Shown here piece after piece: positions 1 to 9,379 of a DNA stretch of 42,829 nt; position 1 is the first letter of the stretch, and every line of letters begins with the position of its first letter. The notes beneath the pieces are model-generated. The model did not search any database. It had not been told where the DNA came from and worked only from the letters and a program-made list of their open reading frames with translations. Source of the DNA: Candidatus Scalinduaceae bacterium. GTDB lineage: Bacteria; Planctomycetota; Brocadiia; Brocadiales; Scalinduaceae. The position numbers and the translations under genes are program-made. The stretch spans positions 1 through 42,829 of the forward strand of contig JBHICG010000025.1 in NCBI GenBank assembly GCA_046759445.1, written 5' to 3'.

Positions 1-772
1 CGATTTGACCAAAACCTTCCGTAATGATAAGTGTAATACTAATATCTTCTGAGCCAGTAATTGCTACACCCAAGTCATAACCAAGCAATTCCTTAATATC
101 CTCATCGTGAATACCACCAACAATTATCCCTCTCACACCAACATCCAATGCTTTTCTTATAGCATCATAATAGATGATTGAACCACCAACAATTATCTTG
201 TCTTTGTGCTCTTCTTTTAAGTCTTCTGGTTTTATAACATCACCTGGTGATTTTACGGCGATCTGCAATTCACCTGTTGTTTCTCCCCCTACACCAAAGA
301 TGCCCTGAACAAATGTTGCATACGTTTCTATTACAACACCCTCTTTTTCAATAGTTTCTATAACCCTACCGTCTATGTATGCATCAATCTGTACAGGTTT
401 TGGAGGTTCTCTTAATAATACCTGGCCTGTAACGTCTGAAACACTTTCAATACTGCCACTTATAGGAGAAAAACAAATAGACTTAAAAAACTTTATCATT
501 GGCTTCGTTTCAGCTATAGGTTCATCCTTTTCAACTATTTCACCTTCCTTCTTTAACATACAGTTATGTATGTCGTTTGGCATAATGCCAAGACGATTAA
601 TCACATTCACGGAATGGACTTTGCCAGGCAGGTTTGTTCTGGCTACTATATCACTTGCTTTAACAGCATCTCCTTTTTTGGCAATAACGTCTCCTGGAAG
701 AGGCAGATTCCTCCTTTTTTCTATTCTCATTTTTTCTGCCAGCCTTAAGCCGGGTGTATACGCATGTGTCAT
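1..772 (-). CDS. Conserved hypothetical protein, partner of GlmL-like ATPase (runs off the window start)
   Basis: Missing from the ORF track. Manual translation from ATG at 772 gives MTHAYTPGLRLAEKMRIEKRRNLPLPGDVIAKKGDAV...SPISGSIESVS...AYIDGRV...QGIFGVGGE...ITEGFGQI, open to the window edge; lies 34 nt downstream of the GlmL-like gene. Confidence 0.85.
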   Translation of the reverse strand, partial: MTHAYTPGLRLAEKMRIEKRRNLPLPGDVIAKKGDAVKASDIVARTNLPGKVHSVNVINRLGIMPNDIHNCMLKKEGEIVEKDEPIAETKPMIKFFKSICFSPISGSIESVSDVTGQVLLREPPKPVQIDAYIDGRVIETIEKEGVVIETYATFVQGIFGVGGETTGELQIAVKSPGDVIKPEDLKEEHKDKIIVGGSIIYYDAIRKALDVGVRGIIVGGIHDEDIKELLGYDLGVAITGSEDISITLIITEGFGQI

Positions 773-806
773 ATCAATTGACCCTTTGTTACTCGTTATT
801 CGTGAT

Positions 807-2600
807 TCAATCCGGGTATGCACCAAATGCCTTATTCCACTTCGTAATCTGTTCAGTCCTCCGAACTTTATCTTTATGAAGGTTAAGGGGCCTCCCTCGT
901 ACGTCAATAATGAGTCCAACTATACCCCCACTAACCTTTTCCTCCATCTTTTGCCCCTTGCCTCTACCTAAATCAAAGTGCCTGGTCGGTGTTATTTCAA
1001 TATCTGCCGTCTCTCCCTCTTTTAAATCGATGAGCTTAAGTTCTCCATACAAAAGCGAATCAACCTTTTCCTGGCCATCAGGTAAAGTTATTCTATAGTC
1101 AAGGCATTTATTTCCAAGTTTTCCAGTATTTGCTAAAGAAACACAAGTGCCAAGATTGATTAGGCAATCCTTTTCAAATACCTCAGTTGCGGCTTTTTCA
1201 TTAATAGTGGAAAGCACACCAAGATGAGGCATCATAAATATACTATCCACGGCGATCATGGTTACACCTTGAGGTTGAAATGCATCAATCATCATCATCA
1301 TCGCTTGAGTTCTTCCCGGAGCATGTGACAAGACACCACCACTACCAACAATAAGATCAAGCTTATTCATATCAATAATTGTTTCTTCTTCTGCAACCTG
1401 CTCAAATGTCTCGGATATATCCCTTTCCTTCTGAACACCCTTTAAGCCAACTGCGAGTGACTTGTGCTGTCCAAAAGCCAGTCTTAATGCCTCGCGCGCT
1501 ATCGCATGTTCTAACTTCAGATCTTCCAGCAACTGAGGTATGGTAGTGGGACGAATCATCTTGTTTTTTATTCTGTTGCGAATATCTGACTCATCTGTTT
1601 CAAAAGAAAGCCATTTCGTAATATTTTCAATGCCAGCTTCCGAGACCACGTTTGATATACTATAGCTCATTCCATAGTTAGCACTTACGGTACGGTTAAA
1701 AATTCCTCCGAATACTGAAAATACATCTGTAGTTGCTCCACCGATATCTACCCCAACTACGTTAATATTTTCTTTTTTAGCTATTGCCTGCATTATAGCG
1801 CCAACGGCGCCTGGTGTTGGCATAATGGGTGCGCTAGTCCATGACATTAATTTCTTGTATCCGGGAGCATGTGCCATTACGTGTTCTAAGAATAGGTTTT
1901 GAATCTCCTTTCTTGCCGGGTTAAGATTTTCTCTTTCTAATACAGGTCTCAGATTTTCTGTTATTCTCAGCGCCGTTTTTTGCTCCAGTGCGTCTTTTAT
2001 CTTATTCCTTGCTTCTTTATTACCAGCATATATAACGGGTAATTGAAATGTAGTTCCAAGTCGAGGTCTGGGATTAGCCGCAGCAATGTACTCTGCTAAT
2101 TCAACAACGTGGGTGACTGTACCACCATCAGTTCCTCCGGAAAGGAGTATCATATCCGGACGAAGCTGTCTTATTCGCTCAATCTTCTCGTGAGGAAGAC
2201 GCCTATCATTCGATGCAATTACGTCCATAACTATCGCACCAGCCCCCAATGCCGCTTTCTGAGCGCTTTGTGCAGTCATAGTCTTTACTGCGCCAGCGAC
2301 CATCATTTGAAGCCCACCTCCAGCGCTGCTCGTTGATATATACATGTCTACGCCAACATTATCTTCTGCAGGCGTGATAAGAGTCTCACCATCGAGTATT
2401 TTCCGGCCAGATAACTCTTCAAGCTCTGCAAATGAGTTAAGCACACCCCTTGTCACATCCTCAAAAGGCGCTTCCACGGTAGTTGGCGCTTCACCTCTGA
2501 ATGTTTGCCGATATTCGTTTCCTTTTTTTTCTATAAGTATTGCCTTTGTAGTCGTACTACCGCAATCGGTTGCAATAACTACGTTAAAATCATTAAGCAT
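807..2600 (-). CDS. GlmL/MutL (glutamate mutase L)-like ASKHA-fold ATPase
   Basis: Actin-like phosphate loops ATDCGSTTTKA and VDIGGATTDVFS, plus SSAGGGL and LSGGTDGG segments typical of the GlmL family. Confidence 0.8.
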   Translation of the reverse strand: MLNDFNVVIATDCGSTTTKAILIEKKGNEYRQTFRGEAPTTVEAPFEDVTRGVLNSFAELEELSGRKILDGETLITPAEDNVGVDMYISTSSAGGGLQMMVAGAVKTMTAQSAQKAALGAGAIVMDVIASNDRRLPHEKIERIRQLRPDMILLSGGTDGGTVTHVVELAEYIAAANPRPRLGTTFQLPVIYAGNKEARNKIKDALEQKTALRITENLRPVLERENLNPARKEIQNLFLEHVMAHAPGYKKLMSWTSAPIMPTPGAVGAIMQAIAKKENINVVGVDIGGATTDVFSVFGGIFNRTVSANYGMSYSISNVVSEAGIENITKWLSFETDESDIRNRIKNKMIRPTTIPQLLEDLKLEHAIAREALRLAFGQHKSLAVGLKGVQKERDISETFEQVAEEETIIDMNKLDLIVGSGGVLSHAPGRTQAMMMMIDAFQPQGVTMIAVDSIFMMPHLGVLSTINEKAATEVFEKDCLINLGTCVSLANTGKLGNKCLDYRITLPDGQEKVDSLLYGELKLIDLKEGETADIEITPTRHFDLGRGKGQKMEEKVSGGIVGLIIDVRGRPLNLHKDKVRRTEQITKWNKAFGAYPD

Positions 2601-2656
2601 CGTTTAAGGATACTGATTATATCAAATAAAGAAGATGTATTTAACTTAAGTAGTTT

Positions 2657-2845
2657 CTGTTGCAAAAAGTTTAAATACAAAAAGATGTCATTGGCAATTC
2701 CGCAACAGCAGAATTGCTTAGGTGATTATGCCTGTCCGAAGGACAGGCATAATCACACCTGAACTTGTTTCAGAATCTATATATACAATGTGTTAAGAGA
2801 TCCTGAAAGCGAGTTCAGGGTGACAATATAGTGTTTCCGCAATAG
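2657..2845. mobile_element. MITE-like non-autonomous element carrying REP-like hairpins
   Basis: Imperfect terminal inverted repeats CTGTTGCAAAAA (2657-2668) / TTTCCGCAATAG (2834-2845); perfect 16-bp hairpin 2722-2756; long imperfect hairpin 2753-2823; a related partial copy at 18087-18164. Confidence 0.55.
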
Positions 2846-2956
2846 ATACTCAGTAAACGTGCTTGAGTCTATAGGAAAATAAAGTGTTTTGATGTAACCT
2901 AAAATACATAAAACACTAACCAGGAGAGGAAGAATATATCTTAAAACACTGATGCT

Positions 2957-3244
2957 TGCAATCAAAAAGTCCACTTCCTGCTATTCTTTGTTTTCTATTT
3001 AATGTAGCGAAAACAAACCATATCCCATATCATTCCACGCAGTTACCGCACGCCACAACTCCAATGCAACCATGTTTTCAAAACGGGCAGCGGAATCCTC
3101 TATATTAGGAGTGTTTCGCAAGTAGACTTTGTGTTCTTTTTGAATAGCCCGGGTTATTCTCCGTGTCTATGGAGAAATGCTAAAAATTAAAAATAACTTT
3201 TCAAAAATCTATAACCAGCTATGTATAGAATTACATAATACTCG
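2957..3244 (-). pseudogene. Remnant of an AAA+ ATPase DUF4143-type C-terminal region
   Basis: Single frame reads RVLCNSIHSWL*IFEKLFLIFSISP*TRRITRAIQKEHKVYLRNTPNIEDSAARFENMVALELWRAVTAWNDMGYGLFSLH*IENKE*QEVDFLIA; four in-frame stops, with the recognisable FEN.VA and EVDF motifs. Confidence 0.75.
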
Positions 3245-3328
3245 CAAAAGTATATAAATCTAAAACTGTTAAAGACCTGAACTAAACTTCACACTCAATG
3301 CTCTATGGGCGACTCCAAACACTAGCAC

Positions 3329-4456
3329 CTACCACAGCTTCTTACGCCTTGAGGACACGAAGTCATCAAGGATGTATCTGCCTAATTCTTCGGATGTAGG
3401 ATAGAACGCCCTACCCCTGTTGACCTTTGTAAGCCTGCCCACAAAATTCGCAAGATCAAAATAGTAGTAATCATCAATCAAAGCAAATGTATTTATTAAG
3501 ATCCCATCTTTCCTGCAATTTCGGGCCTCTCGGAGGGTTTCTTTTGCTGTTCTATCATTTGGCGGGTATATGAGAACGAGTGTATCACCTTCATAATGAG
3601 CTGTTGGTTCACCATCTGTTATTAACATTATCTGCTTATTATTACAGGTTTCTTTTGAAAGAATCTTTCTTGACAATCTTAATCCTGCATGAATATTTGT
3701 AAAATGTTCAGGAATACGTCCTTTATATTCCCCCATATCTTCTTTTTTAATCTCAAGGTAAATGCATGAATCAAATATCCTCACAGGCCTTGGCATGACG
3801 TATGGCAGATCTCTGAGCTTTAGCTCTCTTGAAAATGAATAAAATCCAACAAAATACAAACGGTCGTTTGGAAATTGAGTCCGGACTATTCCCTGAAGCG
3901 CAAGCGCTACTTTTTTAGCTTCATAAAATTTACCATACCTAAACATAGATCCACTCATATCAAGCAACAAAACAGTTGCGCAACCTGGCTGCGCCTCTGA
4001 TTCATAAATCATGAAGTCCTCTTTTTCTACTTCGATTGGCAATGATGGCCCCGCACGTCTCAACGAGTTTTTCAATGTCGAATTCAAGTCAAGATTTGAA
4101 AGAGGATCACCATATTCATAATATTTGGATTCCTCTTGAATCACTGTACCATTGCCCTTAAAATTTGATTCATGACTACCACGGCTGTCCTCCTTCATTG
4201 ACGTAAAGATTTCCAGCAGCGCCTTGCGTTCCATTCTTTTTAGACCTTTTGTTGATATTATAAAACTTCCATTAAACATTTTTATATAACCTTCGTCCTC
4301 AAGGATTGATGCGTCCAAGTCTGATTGCTCAATAATCGTATTTAAGTCAACCCCATGTCTGAGTATAGAATCCGAAATTTGATCCATTAGCTGCTTTGGA
4401 TCTTTAAAATCATACTCCTGCGAACCGTCCCACTTTGAGTACCTAAACTTTTTCAT
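3329..4456 (-). CDS. VWA domain-containing protein (partner of Mg-chelatase-like ATPase)
   Basis: MIDAS motif LLLDMSGSM, TNIHAGL and ITDGEPTAH; N-terminal FRYSKWDG; start overlaps the upstream ATPase stop. Confidence 0.88.
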   Translation of the reverse strand: MKKFRYSKWDGSQEYDFKDPKQLMDQISDSILRHGVDLNTIIEQSDLDASILEDEGYIKMFNGSFIISTKGLKRMERKALLEIFTSMKEDSRGSHESNFKGNGTVIQEESKYYEYGDPLSNLDLNSTLKNSLRRAGPSLPIEVEKEDFMIYESEAQPGCATVLLLDMSGSMFRYGKFYEAKKVALALQGIVRTQFPNDRLYFVGFYSFSRELKLRDLPYVMPRPVRIFDSCIYLEIKKEDMGEYKGRIPEHFTNIHAGLRLSRKILSKETCNNKQIMLITDGEPTAHYEGDTLVLIYPPNDRTAKETLREARNCRKDGILINTFALIDDYYYFDLANFVGRLTKVNRGRAFYPTSEELGRYILDDFVSSRRKKLW

Positions 4457-5892
4457 TATATTTCAATCCTCTTTCTTTTATAAGTTGCTTTTCCTCCCAG
4501 TTCATCCTTGTTAAGTTTCTTGTTTGCGTGCAAACCATCTAGCAAGAATTCAATTAAAGGCGCAACCATTTGGGGAGTAATTTCTTTACCTATAATATCA
4601 TCTCTCATTTTACTGTTTAATTCCAGTACCATTTTTTTTATTTCTTTGTTATCATTCATAAGCTTATCATACTCCGCTAAAGGCATTTCATCAGACACAT
4701 AAATGGTCTTATCATTAAGTGACTTTATTTCTTCCTGATACATATCAATTTTAAAGAATTGATTGAAAACGTTTTTCACAGCCTTTCTTATGATCTTTTG
4801 AAGGATTGCATCTTCCCGCTCATCATCCATAGTCGTGTCCAGTTCAACCTTGCCTCTTGAAGAAGCAAAAATATGTCTTAAATCGCTTATTCTTGGCACT
4901 GCATCTTTTTCACCCACTCTGATAGCTCGACGTTCCGCATTACTTATTAGTATCTCATAATTGCAGATAGACATCCTTGCGCTTACGCCTGATGATTGGT
5001 TTATTTCCTCACTGTCCCTCGCTATGTGTGAAATCTCCTCAATTATCTCCTTCATAAAACCTGGCACTTTTACTTTAATACCGCAATTTCTATCGATCCA
5101 GGCATTTTGTTCTATAATTTTTATACCATCGTTACGAGTTAATGGATAATGAGTCGTTATTACGGAACCAATCCTGTCTTTAAGTGGGGTAACTATTCTT
5201 CCTCTATTCGTGTAATCTTCGGGGTTAGCTGAAAAGACAATCATCACATCAAGAGGCAGTCTGACAGGATACCCCCTAATCTGTATATCTCTCTCCTGTA
5301 ATACGTTAAACAGGCTTACCTGTATCTTTGGAGAAAGATCTGGCAACTCATTTATGGCAAGAATTCCCCTGTTAGTTCTTGGAATTAGACCAAAGTGCAT
5401 TGTTAATTCACTTGAAAGGTATTTACCTTCCGCAACTTTCACCAGGTCTATCTCTCCAATCAAATCTGCAACCGTAACATCTGGTGTAGCCAGTTTCTCT
5501 CTATATCTGTATCCTTGAGACAACCAGGTTATTTCAGTATAGTCGCCATGCTCATTAATTTTTTCCGTGCATGCCCTGCAAACAGGGTGGAAAGGGTTGT
5601 CATTAATTTCGCAACCCTTAATAATTGGAATCTCATCATCTAACAGGTTTATCAAGTTTCTCAAAATTCTTGTTTTTGCCTGTCCACGAAGACCAAGAAG
5701 TAGAATATCATGTTTGGAAAAAATTGCATTTTCAATCTGAGGTATCACAGTATCATCGTAACCAATAATACCGGGAAAAAATTCCTTCTTTTCTTGTAAT
5801 CCCATTATCAGATTTTTTCTCATCTCATCCTTAATAGATAATACTTTGTGACCAGATTCTCTTAATTCCTTGATTGTTTTTGGCTTTTTCAT
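4456..5892 (-). CDS. Magnesium-chelatase-subunit-I-like AAA+ ATPase
   Basis: Walker A variant GLRGQAKT, Walker B AINELPDL, FSANPEDYTNRG. Start placed at ATG 5892 (MKKPKTI) rather than 5931. Confidence 0.85.
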   Translation of the reverse strand: MKKPKTIKELRESGHKVLSIKDEMRKNLIMGLQEKKEFFPGIIGYDDTVIPQIENAIFSKHDILLLGLRGQAKTRILRNLINLLDDEIPIIKGCEINDNPFHPVCRACTEKINEHGDYTEITWLSQGYRYREKLATPDVTVADLIGEIDLVKVAEGKYLSSELTMHFGLIPRTNRGILAINELPDLSPKIQVSLFNVLQERDIQIRGYPVRLPLDVMIVFSANPEDYTNRGRIVTPLKDRIGSVITTHYPLTRNDGIKIIEQNAWIDRNCGIKVKVPGFMKEIIEEISHIARDSEEINQSSGVSARMSICNYEILISNAERRAIRVGEKDAVPRISDLRHIFASSRGKVELDTTMDDEREDAILQKIIRKAVKNVFNQFFKIDMYQEEIKSLNDKTIYVSDEMPLAEYDKLMNDNKEIKKMVLELNSKMRDDIIGKEITPQMVAPLIEFLLDGLHANKKLNKDELGGKATYKRKRIEI

Positions 5893-6015
5893 ATTACTAT
5901 ATATTCCGGGAAATATTCTGTGCCTTATCACTAAATCTACGAGGAAGGGTTTTTACGTGAGGAAACGGTTTGGTAAGCTTTTCGTTTGGGTTGCTCCATT
6001 TTACCGAGCTATGTG

Positions 6016-8478
6016 TTATTCGTCCTTCTCGGTTTGTTCTGATGTTATTTCTTCTTTAATATTACTCATAGCCCGTGCAACGGATACTAATTTATCTTCC
6101 TCTTCTAATGAAATAAGTTTTACACCTTGCGTATTGCGTCCGATTGCCCTGATGGAATTGATGGTAGTGCGAATTATCATTCCTTTCGCCGTAATCATCA
6201 TAAGCTCATCTTCATCTCTCACATTTTTTAAACCAATGACTTTGCCATTCCTTTCTGTTGTTTTGATATTAATAACACCTTGTCCCCCTCTTCGTTGTAC
6301 ATTGTATTCACTATATCCTGTCCTCTTCCCATATCCATTTTCACATACTGTCAGGAGTGTGGCTCCCTTGTCAACTATAACGATGTCTTTTACATTCTCA
6401 TCTTCTTGCAACTCAATGCCTTTTACTCCACGGGTTGCACGTCCCATGCATCTTACATCTTTTTCTGAAAACCTTATCGCTTTTCCTTTTTCAGTCCCAA
6501 TTACAATTTCCTGTTCCCCATGTGTCAATTTCACTCCTATAAGTTTGTCACCACCATCAAGAAGTATAGCAATTATTCCACCTTTTTTAGGATGGCCAAA
6601 GGCACTAAGGACAGTCTTTTTTATTATTCCATTTTTAGTTGCCATAATTAACATTCTATCATCAAACTTGCGAATGGGGATCATCGAAGAAACATTTTCA
6701 CCCTTTTCTAAATTTAAAAGATTAACTATTGCACGTCCCCTTGCCGTTCGTCCTAATTGTGGAATATCGTATACCTTTTGCCAATATACCTTACCCAGAT
6801 CTGTAAAGAAAAGTATATAGTCATGCGTTGAGGCGATAAAAAGATGTTCAACAAAATCCCCTTCTTTCATATCAGCGCCCGTAACACCTTTTCCCCCTCT
6901 ATGTTGTTTCCTGTAAGTGCTTAAGGGCAATCGCTTCGTATACCCTTCGTGAGTAACTATAACTGTTACATCTTCTTCTGAAATAAGGTCTTCCATCTCA
7001 AACTCGCCAATCTCATCGATGATCTCTGTCCTTCGTGGATCTCCGAACTTCTCTTTTATTTCATTCATATCTTTTCTGATAATATCTAAAACCAGTTTTT
7101 CATCAGCCAGAATAGCCTTGTATTCCTTAATGTTTTCACAGATTTTTTTATATTCTTCTTCGATCTTTGTTTGCTCGAGGTTTGTTAACCGTTGAAGTTT
7201 CATATCAAGGATCGCATTTGCTTGTACTTCTGTTAAGGAAAATTTAGACATTAATGAGCTTCTTGCCTCTTCGGCATTTTTAGAAGACCTGATCACCTTG
7301 ATTACCTCATCTATGATTTTAAGTGCAATCCTCAATCCTTCCAGTATATGAGCTCTTTCTTCAGCACGAGCTAATAGGAAACGTGTTCTACGTCTAATAA
7401 CATCCTTTCTATGATCGACATAAGCAACGATTATTTGCTTCAGGTTCAATGTTTGAGGTCGATTGTTTATTAAGGCAATCATAATTATACTATAAGAGTC
7501 TTGCAGTTTTGTGTGTTTATATAGCTGATTAAGTACAACTTCCTCTTCTACACCTTTTTTCACATCAATTACAATCCTGCTTCCTTCTCTATCACTTTCA
7601 TTTCTAACATCTGTTATACCCTTTATCAGTTCATCTTTAACTAATTCTGCTATTCTTTCTATTATCCTATCTCTATTAAGTTGATATGGTATTTCTGTAA
7701 TAACTATATTCTTTTTGCCGCTCTCAGTCGTTTCAATATGCGCCCTTGCCCTAACAGTTATCGTGCCGCGACCGCTTTTGTACCCTTCCTTAATGCCCTT
7801 TGTACCAGATATTAGTGCGCCAGTGGGAAAGTCGGGACCTTTTATTATATCCATAAGTTCATCTATTGTTACATCTGGACTATTAATAACTTTTACTATA
7901 CCCTCACATACCTCATTAACATTATGCGGTGGTATGCTTGTGGCCATACCCACTGCAATACCTGAACTACCGTTGCAAAGAAGGTTTGGAAATCTTGAAG
8001 GAATTACAACTGGTTCCATGCGGGTTTCGTCATAATTAGGAACGAAATTGACTGTATTCTGCTTAATGTCTTCCATCATCACAGTTGAAGCATATGCCAT
8101 CCTGGCCTCAGTATATCTCATTGCTGCAGGCGGATCACCGTCTATTGATCCAAAATTACCCTGCCCATTTATTAGGGTGTATCTACAGTTGAAGTCTTGA
8201 GCCATACGTACTAGTGTAGGGTATACTACCTGCTCACCATGCGGATGATAATTTCCCGTTGTATCACCACAGATCTTTGCACATTTCCTAAACTTGGATG
8301 TCGGGCCGAGGCCAAGATCATTCATTGCAACGAGTATTCTTCTTTGCGATGGTTTCAAACCATCTCGCACATCAGGTAACGCCCGACTCATTATTACGCT
8401 CATTGCAAATGTCAAATACGAATTCTTCATTTCCTCTTCAATGAGGATGTCTTTTATGTTTCCCTTTTTTTCTATCAT
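6016..8478 (-). CDS. gyrA: DNA gyrase subunit A
   Basis: RALPDVRDGLKPSQRR, YHPHG, AAMRYTE catalytic Tyr, GyrA-box QHRGGKG and beta-pinwheel repeats. Confidence 0.97.
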   Translation of the reverse strand: MIEKKGNIKDILIEEEMKNSYLTFAMSVIMSRALPDVRDGLKPSQRRILVAMNDLGLGPTSKFRKCAKICGDTTGNYHPHGEQVVYPTLVRMAQDFNCRYTLINGQGNFGSIDGDPPAAMRYTEARMAYASTVMMEDIKQNTVNFVPNYDETRMEPVVIPSRFPNLLCNGSSGIAVGMATSIPPHNVNEVCEGIVKVINSPDVTIDELMDIIKGPDFPTGALISGTKGIKEGYKSGRGTITVRARAHIETTESGKKNIVITEIPYQLNRDRIIERIAELVKDELIKGITDVRNESDREGSRIVIDVKKGVEEEVVLNQLYKHTKLQDSYSIIMIALINNRPQTLNLKQIIVAYVDHRKDVIRRRTRFLLARAEERAHILEGLRIALKIIDEVIKVIRSSKNAEEARSSLMSKFSLTEVQANAILDMKLQRLTNLEQTKIEEEYKKICENIKEYKAILADEKLVLDIIRKDMNEIKEKFGDPRRTEIIDEIGEFEMEDLISEEDVTVIVTHEGYTKRLPLSTYRKQHRGGKGVTGADMKEGDFVEHLFIASTHDYILFFTDLGKVYWQKVYDIPQLGRTARGRAIVNLLNLEKGENVSSMIPIRKFDDRMLIMATKNGIIKKTVLSAFGHPKKGGIIAILLDGGDKLIGVKLTHGEQEIVIGTEKGKAIRFSEKDVRCMGRATRGVKGIELQEDENVKDIVIVDKGATLLTVCENGYGKRTGYSEYNVQRRGGQGVINIKTTERNGKVIGLKNVRDEDELMMITAKGMIIRTTINSIRAIGRNTQGVKLISLEEEDKLVSVARAMSNIKEEITSEQTEKDE

Positions 8479-8653
8479 TTCATTTCCTATTTATATACTC
8501 TTTAACTTATTATCCAGCCACAAAGAAATAGATACTTCTGGTTAAGTTGTTAGGCAAAGACAAAGATGCCAGTTTGGCCTATGGGTTAAGTAGTTGATCT
8601 CCTTATCCCAACATTAGTGTCTTCGTGCGCGGCCGAGTAGTTACAAATTTAAT

Positions 8654-9298
8654 TTACCAGAAATTGAACCTTTCTTGTTCCTCTTTCACAGTAGTAGATG
8701 AACCGTGCCCAGGATGAATGAGAGTTTCTTTATCAAGTGTAAAAACATGGTTTTTTATTGATTCTATAAGCAGGTCATAGTTACCACCTGGTAAATCGGT
8801 TCGGCCAATACCTCCTGCAAAAAGAGTATCTCCTGAAAATAATATTGGAGCTTCACCATTGCTTGTTGAATCAGTATATATCCCTATTCCTCCAGGTGTA
8901 TGACCAGGGAGGTGCAAAACACTGAAGACATACTCATCAAACATAATCTTGTCATTGTGATTTAGGATTCGGTTTGCTGGTGGAGATGTATATCTTTTCC
9001 CTCCTAGAAGAGAAAGATTCTTAAATGGATCAGTTAACATCTCGGCATCGTCAATATGAATGCAGATTTGAATGTCTGGAAACTTCCTCTTTAACTCCTT
9101 GTTACCTCCTATATGGTCGCCATGGCCATGAGTATTTATTAAAACAATTGGATTTAGATCCTTTTCGGCCAGACAGCCAATTATTCTCTCTGTGTCTCCT
9201 CCTGGGTCTATAATAATAGCATCTGAATAATTTCTTAAAGAAATTATGTAACAACAAGCTTCCAGAGGTCCAACTTTTAATAATTGAATATCTAACAT
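8654..9298 (-). CDS. MBL-fold metallo-hydrolase (glyoxalase II-like)
   Basis: THGHGDHIGG, PGHTPG, FSGDTLF and PGHG motifs. Confidence 0.92.
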   Translation of the reverse strand: MLDIQLLKVGPLEACCYIISLRNYSDAIIIDPGGDTERIIGCLAEKDLNPIVLINTHGHGDHIGGNKELKRKFPDIQICIHIDDAEMLTDPFKNLSLLGGKRYTSPPANRILNHNDKIMFDEYVFSVLHLPGHTPGGIGIYTDSTSNGEAPILFSGDTLFAGGIGRTDLPGGNYDLLIESIKNHVFTLDKETLIHPGHGSSTTVKEEQERFNFW

Positions 9299-9379
9299 AA
9301 TCTGATCACTGCAAAAGGCACGGCACTTAAAAACGTCTCGGGAGTTCTTATAAAACGAGATTAGAATACATTTGTATTT

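Noticed and set aside
375..971. 198-aa plus-strand ORF
   Set aside because: Antisense shadow of the real minus-strand genes (1-772 and 807-2600); no motifs.
2505..2762. 85-aa plus-strand ORF
   Set aside because: Overlaps the GlmL-like start on the opposite strand and the hairpin element; no RBS or motifs.
2777..2974. 65-aa minus-strand ORF
   Set aside because: Begins in the tail of the DUF4143 pseudogene and reads into the repeat element.
5870..6820. 316-aa plus-strand ORF
   Set aside because: Antisense to the gyrA C-terminal domain. The same applies to the other antisense ORFs within ndk, dnaE, proA, eno and the lipid cluster.
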